From an uncultured bacterium (GTDB lineage Bacteria; UBA8481), in the NCBI GenBank assembly GCA_964499705.1, contig CAZCME010000006.1, positions 186,001 through 237,579 on the forward strand: a stretch of DNA of 51,579 nt, read 5' to 3'. Shown here piece by piece: positions 37,971-46,315 of this stretch. Positions within the stretch are counted from its first letter, which is position 1, and the number at the start of each line of letters is the position of its first letter. The position numbers were made by a program, and so were the translations under genes. The notes beneath the pieces were generated by a model, which ran no database searches, was not told the origin of the DNA, and saw nothing but the letters and a program-made list of their open reading frames with translations.

Positions 37971-38858
37971 CTACCGTTTCCGGTGGAAAACAAAGCGGAT
38001 CAGATCCCAGAGAATGGTATCCTGTTTTCCCAGGTCGATCAAGCCATGTTCGGCGGTTTCGATCAATTCCCTGGCTCTCCGCCTGGACGCATCGATCCCC
38101 ATGACGGACGGATACGTTCGCTTCCCATGTTCGCCGTCTCTCCCCACGGGCTTGCCCATTTCTTCCGCAGTCGATTCCACATCCAGCAAATCGTCGATGA
38201 TCTGGAAAGCCAGCCCCGTCGCCGATCCGATCTCCTTCATCGCACGGATCCTGTTCGCGTCCGCTTCCGCCGCCAGAGCGCCGGCGACGATCGCGCCCCG
38301 GATCAAGGCGGCCGTCTTCATCGAATGAATGCGCACGAGCTCGTCCGTCGAAGCGGCGCGCGTCTCGCCTAGGATGTCCAGCGCCTGCCCTCCCACCATG
38401 CCCCGCACACCCGATGCTTCCGTCAGCGCCTCGATGATTGCTATGCGCGCCGGAGAATCGATTCCATCCACCGCATGAAAGGCGCGAACAATCAGGAGCG
38501 CCCCCGCGCGCACCGCCGTCTCCACGCCGAACGCGATATGGCAGGATGGTTTTCCCCGACGGAGATCGTCATTGTCCATGACCGGAAGATCGTCATGGAT
38601 CAGCGAGTATGTGTGGATGTATTCGAAGGCGGCCGCCGTGGCCAGGAGCGAGGGATCGTTTTCGAACTCACGTCGCGGAGACAACGCGGAGGCGGCGGCG
38701 AAAACCAGGGCCGGCCGGAGCCTTTTGCCGCCCGCGCGCACCGCATACAAGGCCGCTTCCGTAACCTTCGATCGACCGCACGCGGCCAGGTCCGCGACGG
38801 CGTACTCCTCGACGCGGGATCCCGTGGAGGCTAGAAATGTTTCAACGTTGTTGTTCAA
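37971..38858 (-). CDS. ispA: Polyprenyl (farnesyl/geranylgeranyl) diphosphate synthase
   Basis: GGKRLRP, SLIHDDLPVMDNDDLRRGKP, GQALD, KTAAL, FQIIDDLLD. Confidence 0.95.
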   Translation of the reverse strand: MNNNVETFLASTGSRVEEYAVADLAACGRSKVTEAALYAVRAGGKRLRPALVFAAASALSPRREFENDPSLLATAAAFEYIHTYSLIHDDLPVMDNDDLRRGKPSCHIAFGVETAVRAGALLIVRAFHAVDGIDSPARIAIIEALTEASGVRGMVGGQALDILGETRAASTDELVRIHSMKTAALIRGAIVAGALAAEADANRIRAMKEIGSATGLAFQIIDDLLDVESTAEEMGKPVGRDGEHGKRTYPSVMGIDASRRRARELIETAEHGLIDLGKQDTILWDLIRFVFHRKR

Positions 38859-38867
38859 TGCGGGCGA

Positions 38868-39116
38868 TTACTTGGCGGGAGCCGCGTCCGATGAATTCTG
38901 CGCCAGGCTTGCCTGGGAAAGCTTTTCGATGCGGAGCTTGGCGTCGGCCAGGATCTTCTCGCAGGACTTGTGGATCGTCATTCCCTTTTCGTACAGGCTG
39001 ATCGCATCCTCAAGCGGTACATCGTCGCTCTCGAGTTTCGCGACAATCTGCTCCAGCTCGGAGAGACGCGCTTCGAACGACTCCTCGTTTTTTCTCGGTT
39101 CTTCGCCCTTTTTCAT
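38868..39116 (-). CDS. xseB: Exodeoxyribonuclease VII small subunit
   Basis: SFEARLSELEQIVAKLES..LEDAISLYEKG. Confidence 0.95.
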   Translation of the reverse strand: MKKGEEPRKNEESFEARLSELEQIVAKLESDDVPLEDAISLYEKGMTIHKSCEKILADAKLRIEKLSQASLAQNSSDAAPAK

Positions 39117-40534
39117 GATTCGGAAAGCGTGGCCTTTTTTACCTCGGCTGTCAACTGTCCGCGATGGAGCCTCAGCTTGATCTCCGATCCCGGCGGAGCC
39201 TGCGCGGCATCCTTCAGGGCATGGCCGTCCTGAAGGGCGATCGCGTATCCGCGGCCCAGGATCGCGATCGGACTTGCTCCGGCAAGGCGCGCCGCGGCGA
39301 GCGAAAACGATCGTTCGCGGTCGGCGTATCGAGCGGACACCGCATGGCGCGCATGAACCACGGCGCGATCGAGACGGGCGGATGTTTCCGCGAGCCGTCT
39401 CTGCGGAGAACGGAGCAGGAGGCGGTGCCGGAGCGCGTCGAGCCGCCGCTCCTGTCTCACCATCCCGGCTCCCAGCGCCGTCGTCATCGCATCCATCAGC
39501 CTGTCCACGCGTTCAGTGCGGAGATTCAACGCGGCATCCGGAGACCGCAGCGTCCGGGCCACCAGCTTGAATCGCTCGGCATGTCTGCTGAATTTCCGGA
39601 TCATCAGGTTCCGGAGACTGTCCCGATGACCGGAGACGGCGGCGCGAAGATCCGTGATCGACGGCGTCGCCAGTTCGGCGGCTTCCGTCGGAGTCGCCGC
39701 GCGGCGATCCGCGACCAGGTCGGCGATCGTCGTGTCCGTCTCGTGGCCGACCGCCGTGATGACCGGCATCGGCATCGACGCGATCGCCCTCGCCACGAGC
39801 TCCGTGTTGAATCCCCAGAGGCTCTCGATCGATCCTCCGCCGCGCCCGACGATGACGACATCCGCATTTCCTCGCTCCGCCATCAGCTTCAGGCCAGCCA
39901 CGATCGAAGGAGCGGAAGCCTCCCCTTCCACCGCCACGGGCGCGATGACGACTTCCGCCAGCGGATATCTCCGGCGCAGCACGTTCAGCATGTCCTGGAG
40001 GCCCGCGCTCTCCGTCGATGCGACGATTCCGATCCGCACGGGAAATGCGGGAAGCGAACGTTTTCGATCCGCGCTTGTGAGTCCCTCTTCGATCAGTTTC
40101 TTCTTCAATTCCTCGTATTTCCTATAGAGGATTCCCGCTCCGCTCCTCGTCATCGTCCTGACATACATCTGGTACGTGCCCTGCGTCGGATAGACCTGGA
40201 TGGAACCCGAGACGACAACCTCCGTGCCGTCGGCGGGCGCGAAATCGATGGAGCGATTCGCGGGATGGAAGAAAACGCATTTCAGGACGGCTCCGGAATC
40301 CTTCATCTGGAAGTACATGTGCTTGGCCATGTGATGCTTGAATCCCGATATCTCCCCGATCACGGAGACATGACGCAGATCCTCCGCGCCCTCGATCAGC
40401 TTCTTGAGGCGGACCGTCAGAGAGGAAACGGTGAAGGGATCGGGCAAAGGAAGAAGATCCGAGGCGCGCCGCGCGGGTTGCGATGATTCAGGTTCGATGG
40501 GCGGCTGACTGAACAGGGGCAGATCGGGAGTCAT
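39113..40534 (-). CDS. xseA: Exodeoxyribonuclease VII large subunit
   Basis: GEISGFK, HMYF, GRGGGSIE, AVGHETD, ATPTEAAE, ILGRGYA. Confidence 0.97.
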   Translation of the reverse strand: MTPDLPLFSQPPIEPESSQPARRASDLLPLPDPFTVSSLTVRLKKLIEGAEDLRHVSVIGEISGFKHHMAKHMYFQMKDSGAVLKCVFFHPANRSIDFAPADGTEVVVSGSIQVYPTQGTYQMYVRTMTRSGAGILYRKYEELKKKLIEEGLTSADRKRSLPAFPVRIGIVASTESAGLQDMLNVLRRRYPLAEVVIAPVAVEGEASAPSIVAGLKLMAERGNADVVIVGRGGGSIESLWGFNTELVARAIASMPMPVITAVGHETDTTIADLVADRRAATPTEAAELATPSITDLRAAVSGHRDSLRNLMIRKFSRHAERFKLVARTLRSPDAALNLRTERVDRLMDAMTTALGAGMVRQERRLDALRHRLLLRSPQRRLAETSARLDRAVVHARHAVSARYADRERSFSLAAARLAGASPIAILGRGYAIALQDGHALKDAAQAPPGSEIKLRLHRGQLTAEVKKATLSES

Positions 40535-40573
40535 GAGATCATGTTAAGGCAGGAACCGGGATATTCCCATCAG

Positions 40574-41902
40574 CTAAAAGCACATCCTGTAAACGAGGCC
40601 CAGCGCGCCGCCACCGAGAACCACGGGGATGATGTCCCACTTCCTGCGCGTCATTCCGAAGAACGCGAGCACGCTGACGACCGCGACGAATCCATCGACG
40701 CGGCCCGGTTCCGGCAGCAGGACGCTCATTCCGAACCAGACAGCCAGATTCAGAATCACGCCGACCACGACGGCCGTTATGGCCGAAAGCGCCGCGCCGA
40801 GCTTGAGGTTTCCGCGCATCCGCTCGATGTACGGCGCGCCCAAGAAGATGAAGAGGAAGCTCGGCACGAAGGTCATCCAGCTCGTGATCATTGCTCCCAG
40901 CATCGCCGAAGACATCGGCGTCAGCTCCCCCGGATGATTCCACCCGCCCAGGAATCCGACGAATTGCAGCACGAGTATGAGCGGCCCGGGCGTCGTTTCC
41001 GCCAGCCCGAGGCCATCCATCATCTGCGTCGGCGAGAGCCACTGATGAACCTCCACGGCCTGCTGAGCGACGTAAGGAAGAACGGCATAGGCTCCGCCGA
41101 AGGTCACGACAGCAGCCTTGGAGAAGAAGACTCCCTCGCGAAAGAGCGCGTGATCGATCCCGAGCGCGGAACCGGCCACGGCCAGTGGAGCAAACCAGAT
41201 CGAAAGGCCGATGAGCGCCGTGGCAAGCGTGCGCCGGAGAATCGGCCTCACGGAAGTCTGTCCCCCAAGATCGCTGATGACAGTTTCCACCTTCCCCTTC
41301 GCGGTTCCACCATGATCGGCGGCGGGCTCGAACTTCTTCGGGAACCAGTGCCCGCCGGCCAGGCCCAGGAGTCCACCGCAAAGAACGATGAGAGGAAACG
41401 GAAGATGAAAGAAGAAGATCGCGATGAACGACAGGCCGGAGAGAACCCACATGATCTCGTTCTTGAGCGCTTTCCTTCCGATACGGAGAACGGCGGCCGC
41501 CACGATCGCCATGACCGCAGGCTTCAATCCGTAGAAGACGGACTCCACCCACGGGATTTTCCCGAAGAGGACATAAACCGAGGACAGGAACCCCATGCAG
41601 GCGGCCCCGGGGAGCACAAACCACATTCCCGCCACGATCCCGCCCCAGGTCCGGTGCAAAAGCCAGCCGATATAGATGGCGAGCTGATGCGCTTCCGGTC
41701 CCGGCAGAAGCATGCAGTAATTCAGCGCATGCAGGAATCGCGCATCGCTGATCCATCGCCGCTTCTCCACAAGCTCCGCGTGCATCAAGGATATCTGGCC
41801 GGTCGGCCCGCCGAAACTGAGGAGCCCGATCCGGCCCCAGACCCGGAAGGCCTGCATGAAAGTCGGGTGCAGGATCTGCGATGATGGGGAATGTGTCTCC
41901 AT
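40574..41902 (-). CDS. chrA: Chromate efflux transporter, long-chain CHR family
   Basis: SFGGPTGQI, LPGPEAHQLA, TFGGAYAVL, ETTPGPLI; start moved to METHS. Confidence 0.95.
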   Translation of the reverse strand: METHSPSSQILHPTFMQAFRVWGRIGLLSFGGPTGQISLMHAELVEKRRWISDARFLHALNYCMLLPGPEAHQLAIYIGWLLHRTWGGIVAGMWFVLPGAACMGFLSSVYVLFGKIPWVESVFYGLKPAVMAIVAAAVLRIGRKALKNEIMWVLSGLSFIAIFFFHLPFPLIVLCGGLLGLAGGHWFPKKFEPAADHGGTAKGKVETVISDLGGQTSVRPILRRTLATALIGLSIWFAPLAVAGSALGIDHALFREGVFFSKAAVVTFGGAYAVLPYVAQQAVEVHQWLSPTQMMDGLGLAETTPGPLILVLQFVGFLGGWNHPGELTPMSSAMLGAMITSWMTFVPSFLFIFLGAPYIERMRGNLKLGAALSAITAVVVGVILNLAVWFGMSVLLPEPGRVDGFVAVVSVLAFFGMTRRKWDIIPVVLGGGALGLVYRMCF

Positions 41903-42041
41903 GGCCACGCGAGTTATCGCCGTCAGGATATCATCGGACTGAATCGGGCAACAAGCGCAAGTGGACGGCGACATGCGAAAGGAAATAGGCCGTCTCCCCA
42001 TGAAGTCGCAGATCCGGACCACGTTTCGCGTTTCCGAGCGG

Positions 42042-43115
42042 CTATGACGGAGATGCTCCTGGTTTTCGAAACACATGCGCCTCCGTCACTTGCACGTGCA
42101 CATAGCCGCCCGCCGCGAATCCACTCGCGCCGGCCACGCCTTTCGGCATCTGGGCGGTCATGTTCCGGTCCCCACTGCAAAGGATCTCCAGGACCGCTGT
42201 CGCGCCGAGATATTGGATGCTCCGGATGAGCCCGGGCACGGTGTCCCGCGCCGGTTCTGACGCGACGTAGACATCCGAAGGGCGGAAGAGCACGACGGCC
42301 TCGGCATCCGGCTCCAGTCCGTTGGCGCCGAATCGGAAATCGCCCCACGCGATGCGACCTCCGGAAACGCGGCCCTCGATCCGATTCGCATCGCCGACAA
42401 ATGCCGCGACAAATTCCGTCGCCGGCTTGTCGAAGATCTCGCGCGGCGTTCCATCCTGCTCGATCCGACCCCGGTTCGTCACGATGACGCGATCCGAAAG
42501 CTCGAACGCCTCGTCCTGGTCGTGTGTCACGAGAAGCGTCGTCAGCCTGATCCGATCGTGAAGCTTCCGGAGCCACGCTCGCAGTTCCTTTCGCAAGCGG
42601 GTATCGAGCGCGCCGAAGGGTTCGTCCAGGAGCAGGAGACGCGGCTCCGGCGCCAGAGCGCGCGCCAGAGCCACGCGCTGGCGCTGGCCGCCGGAGAGCT
42701 GCGATGGCATTCTCGTTCCGTAACCCTTCAGACCGACGAGGTCGAGCAGATTATCCGCGCGAGCCTCGCGTTCCTTCTTTCCCTGACCGCGCACCAGGAG
42801 TCCGAACGAAATATTTTCCAGCACGGTCATATGCCTGAAAAGAGCGTAATGCTGAAAAACGAATCCGACTTTCCGATCCTGCACGGGAATATGAGTCACA
42901 TCCTCGCCATTGATCTCGATCCGGCCCTCGTCGGGATTCTCCAGGCCCGCGACGCAACGGAGAATCGTCGATTTGCCGGATCCCGACGGCCCGAGCATCG
43001 TGACGAACTCCCCGTCCGCCACGGAGAAGCTCGCTTCCGCAAGGGCCACGAACCGCGCCGACGCGGGCGATGGCCCGATAAAACTCTTCCTTAAATTCCT
43101 GACGACGATGCTCAC
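42042..43115 (-). CDS. cysA: Sulfate/thiosulfate ABC transporter ATPase
   Basis: GPSGSGKST, VGFVFQHYALFRHMTV, LSGGQRQRVALARALA, LRKELRAWLR; GTG overlaps the cysW stop. Confidence 0.93.
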   Translation of the reverse strand: MSIVVRNLRKSFIGPSPASARFVALAEASFSVADGEFVTMLGPSGSGKSTILRCVAGLENPDEGRIEINGEDVTHIPVQDRKVGFVFQHYALFRHMTVLENISFGLLVRGQGKKEREARADNLLDLVGLKGYGTRMPSQLSGGQRQRVALARALAPEPRLLLLDEPFGALDTRLRKELRAWLRKLHDRIRLTTLLVTHDQDEAFELSDRVIVTNRGRIEQDGTPREIFDKPATEFVAAFVGDANRIEGRVSGGRIAWGDFRFGANGLEPDAEAVVLFRPSDVYVASEPARDTVPGLIRSIQYLGATAVLEILCSGDRNMTAQMPKGVAGASGFAAGGYVHVQVTEAHVFRKPGASPS

Positions 43116-43921
43116 GCCCGCCACCTCCTCTTCCAAAGTTCCAGCAGCGCCATCCCCCCGAGCGACAGCGCCACCAGCAATGCCGCGGCCGTGTAGGCTG
43201 CTTCCATCCTGAAATCGATATAGGCGTCATAGATATAGAGCGGGGTGGTCTGCGTCTTGCCGAGAATATTACCGGACACGGCGAGAACCGCTCCGAACTC
43301 ACCGAGCGCCCGCGCGTACGACTGTGCCGCGCCGTAGAGAATGCCCTCCCGCAGGTTGGGAATCGTGATATGAAATATCGTCTGCGCGCGGGAAGCGCCG
43401 AGCGTTCTCGCGGCTTCCTCCGCTTCGCGGCCCATCTCCTCCAGAAGCGGCGCTACTTCCCTGATCACGAACGGCAAAGTCACAAAGACGGTCGCGAGGA
43501 CCATGCCGGGAAGCGCGAACATGATCTGAAAACCGGCGGTCTCAAACAAGGGGCCCAGCATGCCTCGCGGTCCATAGGTGACGAGGAGCGCGAAGGCGCC
43601 GATGGCGGCGGGCGCCGCGAACGGAAGATCGACGACGCCGTTCCATAAGTCGCGGCCGGGGAACCGGTCGCGCACCAGCACGAAGGCCGTCATGATCCCG
43701 AACGGAATCGTGATGCAGAGAGTGACAAACGTGATGAGGAGCGTGTTGACGAGTGCCGCAAGCGCGTATTGGTCGCGCGATTCCGTGAAGTTCACGTTCC
43801 AGCCCGGAGCGAATGCCTGTTTCAGAAGATAGAGGAGCGGAACGATGACGAGACCTCCCAGATATACAAGAGTAAAGACTTTCAGGCAGACACTTCCGAA
43901 TCGAATGCCGTGCGATTTCAT
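43112..43921 (-). CDS. cysW: Sulfate ABC permease CysW
   Basis: FPGR..VDLPFA, LATVFVTLPFVIREV, EEAARTLGAS, ARALGEFGAV..SGNI.GKTQT. Confidence 0.9.
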   Translation of the reverse strand: MKSHGIRFGSVCLKVFTLVYLGGLVIVPLLYLLKQAFAPGWNVNFTESRDQYALAALVNTLLITFVTLCITIPFGIMTAFVLVRDRFPGRDLWNGVVDLPFAAPAAIGAFALLVTYGPRGMLGPLFETAGFQIMFALPGMVLATVFVTLPFVIREVAPLLEEMGREAEEAARTLGASRAQTIFHITIPNLREGILYGAAQSYARALGEFGAVLAVSGNILGKTQTTPLYIYDAYIDFRMEAAYTAAALLVALSLGGMALLELWKRRWRA

Positions 43922-44721
43922 GGCCGTATCCTCCCAGACGTGCGCTCTTCGACTATCCGCGCTGTCGTCAGCATGAGAAACGAAATCGTGAGGACGACGA
44001 TCGAAGCCGCCGCCGCGCCCTTGAAGTCAAATCCCTCGATCCGCGAATAGACAAACGTCGAGGCGACCTGGGTGCGGAACGGTTCCGTGCCCGCGATGAA
44101 GACGACCGCGCCGAATTCGCCGAGCGCGCGCGCGAACGTGAGAGCCGCGCCGGAAACGATGCCGGTCCGGATCGCGGGGAAGATCACGGATACGAATGTC
44201 CGGACGGGCCCTGCTCCCATCGTGGCCGCCGCTTCCTCCTCGGCGCGATCCACGGCCGCCAGAAGCGGCTGGACCGAACGGATCCCGAACGGCACCGTCA
44301 CAACGAGACACGCGATGTAGACGGCGATCGGCCTGTAGAGAATCGGCATGCCATGCGCCTCCAGCCAGCCGCCGAGCGGAGAAATCGGTCCGAAGATCGA
44401 AGCGAGCGTCAAGCCCGTGACGGCGGTCGGCAGAGCCAGGGGCAGATCGACGAGCGCATCGAGCGCGCGGCGGCCCGGAAAATCAAGCCTCACGAGCGCG
44501 AACGCGACGGCCGTGCCGAAGACCATGCTGGCCAGACTGACCGCTCCGGCCGAAAGGAAAGACAGCCGGAACGCCTCGGCTGCTTCCTCATCCGTCAGCG
44601 CTTCGATAAGAGGCCCCACGCCACCCTCCAGACCGCGCCAGAATACAAGCGCGACCGGAAGGGCGACTATGATGCCGACATACGACAGGGCGATGAAACG
44701 CGTCAGATATCGAACGTTCAT
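43918..44721 (-). CDS. cysT: Sulfate ABC permease CysT (CysU)
   Basis: FPGRRALDALVDLPLALPTAVTGL, RSVQP, FARALGEFGAVVFIAG. Confidence 0.92.
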   Translation of the reverse strand: MNVRYLTRFIALSYVGIIVALPVALVFWRGLEGGVGPLIEALTDEEAAEAFRLSFLSAGAVSLASMVFGTAVAFALVRLDFPGRRALDALVDLPLALPTAVTGLTLASIFGPISPLGGWLEAHGMPILYRPIAVYIACLVVTVPFGIRSVQPLLAAVDRAEEEAAATMGAGPVRTFVSVIFPAIRTGIVSGAALTFARALGEFGAVVFIAGTEPFRTQVASTFVYSRIEGFDFKGAAAASIVVLTISFLMLTTARIVEERTSGRIRP

Positions 44722-45761
44722 CGGTTCGCGCGACGCTCCGAACGGACGATCCTGTCCCAGAGGCCTCCCTTTTCGAAAATCTCCCTGTAGATCTTCGGCC
44801 CTCCGCCGAGATAAGCGAGATCGAATTGTCCGGGCGATGTCGGAAAACGCATAGAATATTTTTGATGCACGGCGGGATCAGCCGGCCTCAGGCCGAATTC
44901 CGCCAGCACTTTCTGGGATACGGGATCGCGCAGGTATTTCACGAAGGCGGCCGCGATGTCCGAGACACCGTGTTTCGCGCTGTTGACGTCGACGACCGCG
45001 GCGGGATTCTCGATGATGATCGTCGAGGGCGGAATCACGAAGTCAACCTGCTTTCCCTGCCGGCGCCGCAGGAGCAACTCATTTTCGTATGTGATGGAGA
45101 CATCCGCCACGCCGCGTTCGAAGGACTGCGTCGATGCGCGCGCGTTCTCGTCGAAGACAACGACGTTGCGGTAGAACGCCCGGAGCGCTTCTTCAGCCGC
45201 GGCGGCGTTGCCTCCGCTTTTCAGGACCGCGCCATACAACGCAAGGATGTTCCATCGGGCTCCGCCGGACGTGCGCGGATTCGGCGTGACGATCTTAACG
45301 CCAGGCCTGGTCACGTCCATCCAGAGCTTCACGTTCGCGGGATTGCCGGTGGGAACGCGCAGAACAACCACGGACTGGGACACGATTCCTTGACCGCCGG
45401 CGTACCAGTCCTGCGTGATAAGCCCGGCCTTGACTATCTGTTCGACGTCGGACCAATCGGAGAGATAGATCACGTCGGCGCCGTTGCCCGCAATAACATT
45501 GCGAGCCTGTGCGCTGGAGCCCGTCCAGGAATATTCAAACTCAACCACTTCTCCGCCGTGTTCCGTAGCCCACTTCCGCGCGAAAGCGGGAGCGATCCCC
45601 TGCATGACGGCCTCGCCCGGCACCGAATAACCCGCGACACAAATCTTCCTCTTCGCGGTCGCTTCAATTCTCGGCGGCGAAACCACCAGACCGACGGCCA
45701 CGATCAATATCGCCGCGGACATATATCTGAACGCATTTTTCAAAATCAGCTTGAAGTTCAT
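44718..45761 (-). CDS. sbp: Sulfate/thiosulfate-binding periplasmic protein (Sbp/CysP family)
   Basis: GSSAQAR, GNPANV..WMD, TPNPRTSGGARWN, YENE, IENPAAVVD. Confidence 0.9.
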   Translation of the reverse strand: MNFKLILKNAFRYMSAAILIVAVGLVVSPPRIEATAKRKICVAGYSVPGEAVMQGIAPAFARKWATEHGGEVVEFEYSWTGSSAQARNVIAGNGADVIYLSDWSDVEQIVKAGLITQDWYAGGQGIVSQSVVVLRVPTGNPANVKLWMDVTRPGVKIVTPNPRTSGGARWNILALYGAVLKSGGNAAAAEEALRAFYRNVVVFDENARASTQSFERGVADVSITYENELLLRRRQGKQVDFVIPPSTIIIENPAAVVDVNSAKHGVSDIAAAFVKYLRDPVSQKVLAEFGLRPADPAVHQKYSMRFPTSPGQFDLAYLGGGPKIYREIFEKGGLWDRIVRSERRANR

Positions 45762-45872
45762 GGTTCCCTCCCGGGAAGTCCTGTAGATCCGATTGTCGAG
45801 TTAAAAAGGAACGAATGGGGGGCTCTCGGGGCACACACCGCCTGAGGCGGTGTGACCGACAGGGAGAAGCCC
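45762..45872 (-). promoter_or_regulatory. Candidate attenuator RNA structure in the sulfate operon leader
   Basis: 9-bp stem cacaccgcc/ggcggtgtg (45834-45854), extendable by GGGGCTTCTC/GAGAGCCCC, then a U-rich tract; ATCTACAG complementary to the leader-peptide 3' end; UUCCC/GGGAA over the SD. Confidence 0.6.
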
Positions 45873-45989
45873 CTATCTACAGAGACAGCAGGAGCAGGAT
45901 GAGAGAATGGAGAAACGCGCAGCGGAGTCGCGCAGATGCGGATGCAGTGCGGTTCCTGAGGAGAGTGAGGCTGATGTCGCGCGTTTCAT
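45873..45989 (-). CDS. Cys-rich leader peptide, 38 aa (MKRATSASLSSGTALHPHLRDSAARFSILSSCSCCLCR)
   Basis: 4 Cys in the last 7 codons; ATG 7 nt after the putative -10; directly upstream of the sulfate ABC operon. Confidence 0.7.
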   Translation of the reverse strand: MKRATSASLSSGTALHPHLRDSAARFSILSSCSCCLCR

Positions 45990-45996
45990 GGGCGAG

Positions 45997-46025
45997 AGTC
46001 TTATCGGCGTCGTGTATCTTGTCAA
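45997..46025 (-). promoter_or_regulatory. Sigma70 promoter of the leader peptide/sulfate operon
   Basis: Minus strand TTGACA(46025-46020)-17 bp-AAGACT(46002-45997), with AT-rich sequence upstream. Confidence 0.7.
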
Positions 46026-46053
46026 ATAATAATATCCGCGAGCGCGAAGCGGC

Positions 46054-46267
46054 TTATTTCTTCTCCACGTAGAATTTGATGGCGGTCTTTTCCGCGCCGT
46101 CGATATCGACGTCGACGAAGGTCGGCTTGCAGACGAGATCGATCCCATTGGGAGCAACGTAACCCCGGGCGATGGCGATGGCCTTGACCGGCTGGTTGAT
46201 GGCGCCCGCGGGGACTTGGCGGAAGCGGCGGGGGGGGCAGGCTGAAAAGAGGCAGGTCGTCGGTCAT
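46054..46267 (-). pseudogene. spoVS: 5'-truncated spoVS joined out of frame to an xseA-like N-terminal leader
   Basis: 46209-46054 reads AGAINQPVKAIAIARGYVAPNGIDLVCKPTFVDVDIDGAEKTAIKFYVEKK* (SpoVS C-terminal part); no in-frame start; ATG 46267 reads MTDDLPLFSLPP, 1 nt out of frame at a G8 run. Confidence 0.85.
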
Positions 46268-46315
46268 GCCCGGCACCTCACGTCAAAGCACCTGATGCAA
46301 AATGCAGTGACGCAT

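Noticed and set aside
41903-42076. In-frame upstream extension of chrA containing CACC, as a possible second Cys sensor
   Set aside because: The Cys codons lie upstream of a plausible extended -10 (TGaTATCCT), so probably in promoter DNA; no separate short ORF or attenuator structure seen
45873-46157. 94-aa ORF as a full gene
   Set aside because: Its 5' part is off-frame spoVS and promoter DNA; only the portion from ATG 45989 is supported
46022-46276. 84-aa ORF MPGMTDDLPLF... as a real protein
   Set aside because: After the first ~15 codons it is an off-frame reading of the spoVS remnant
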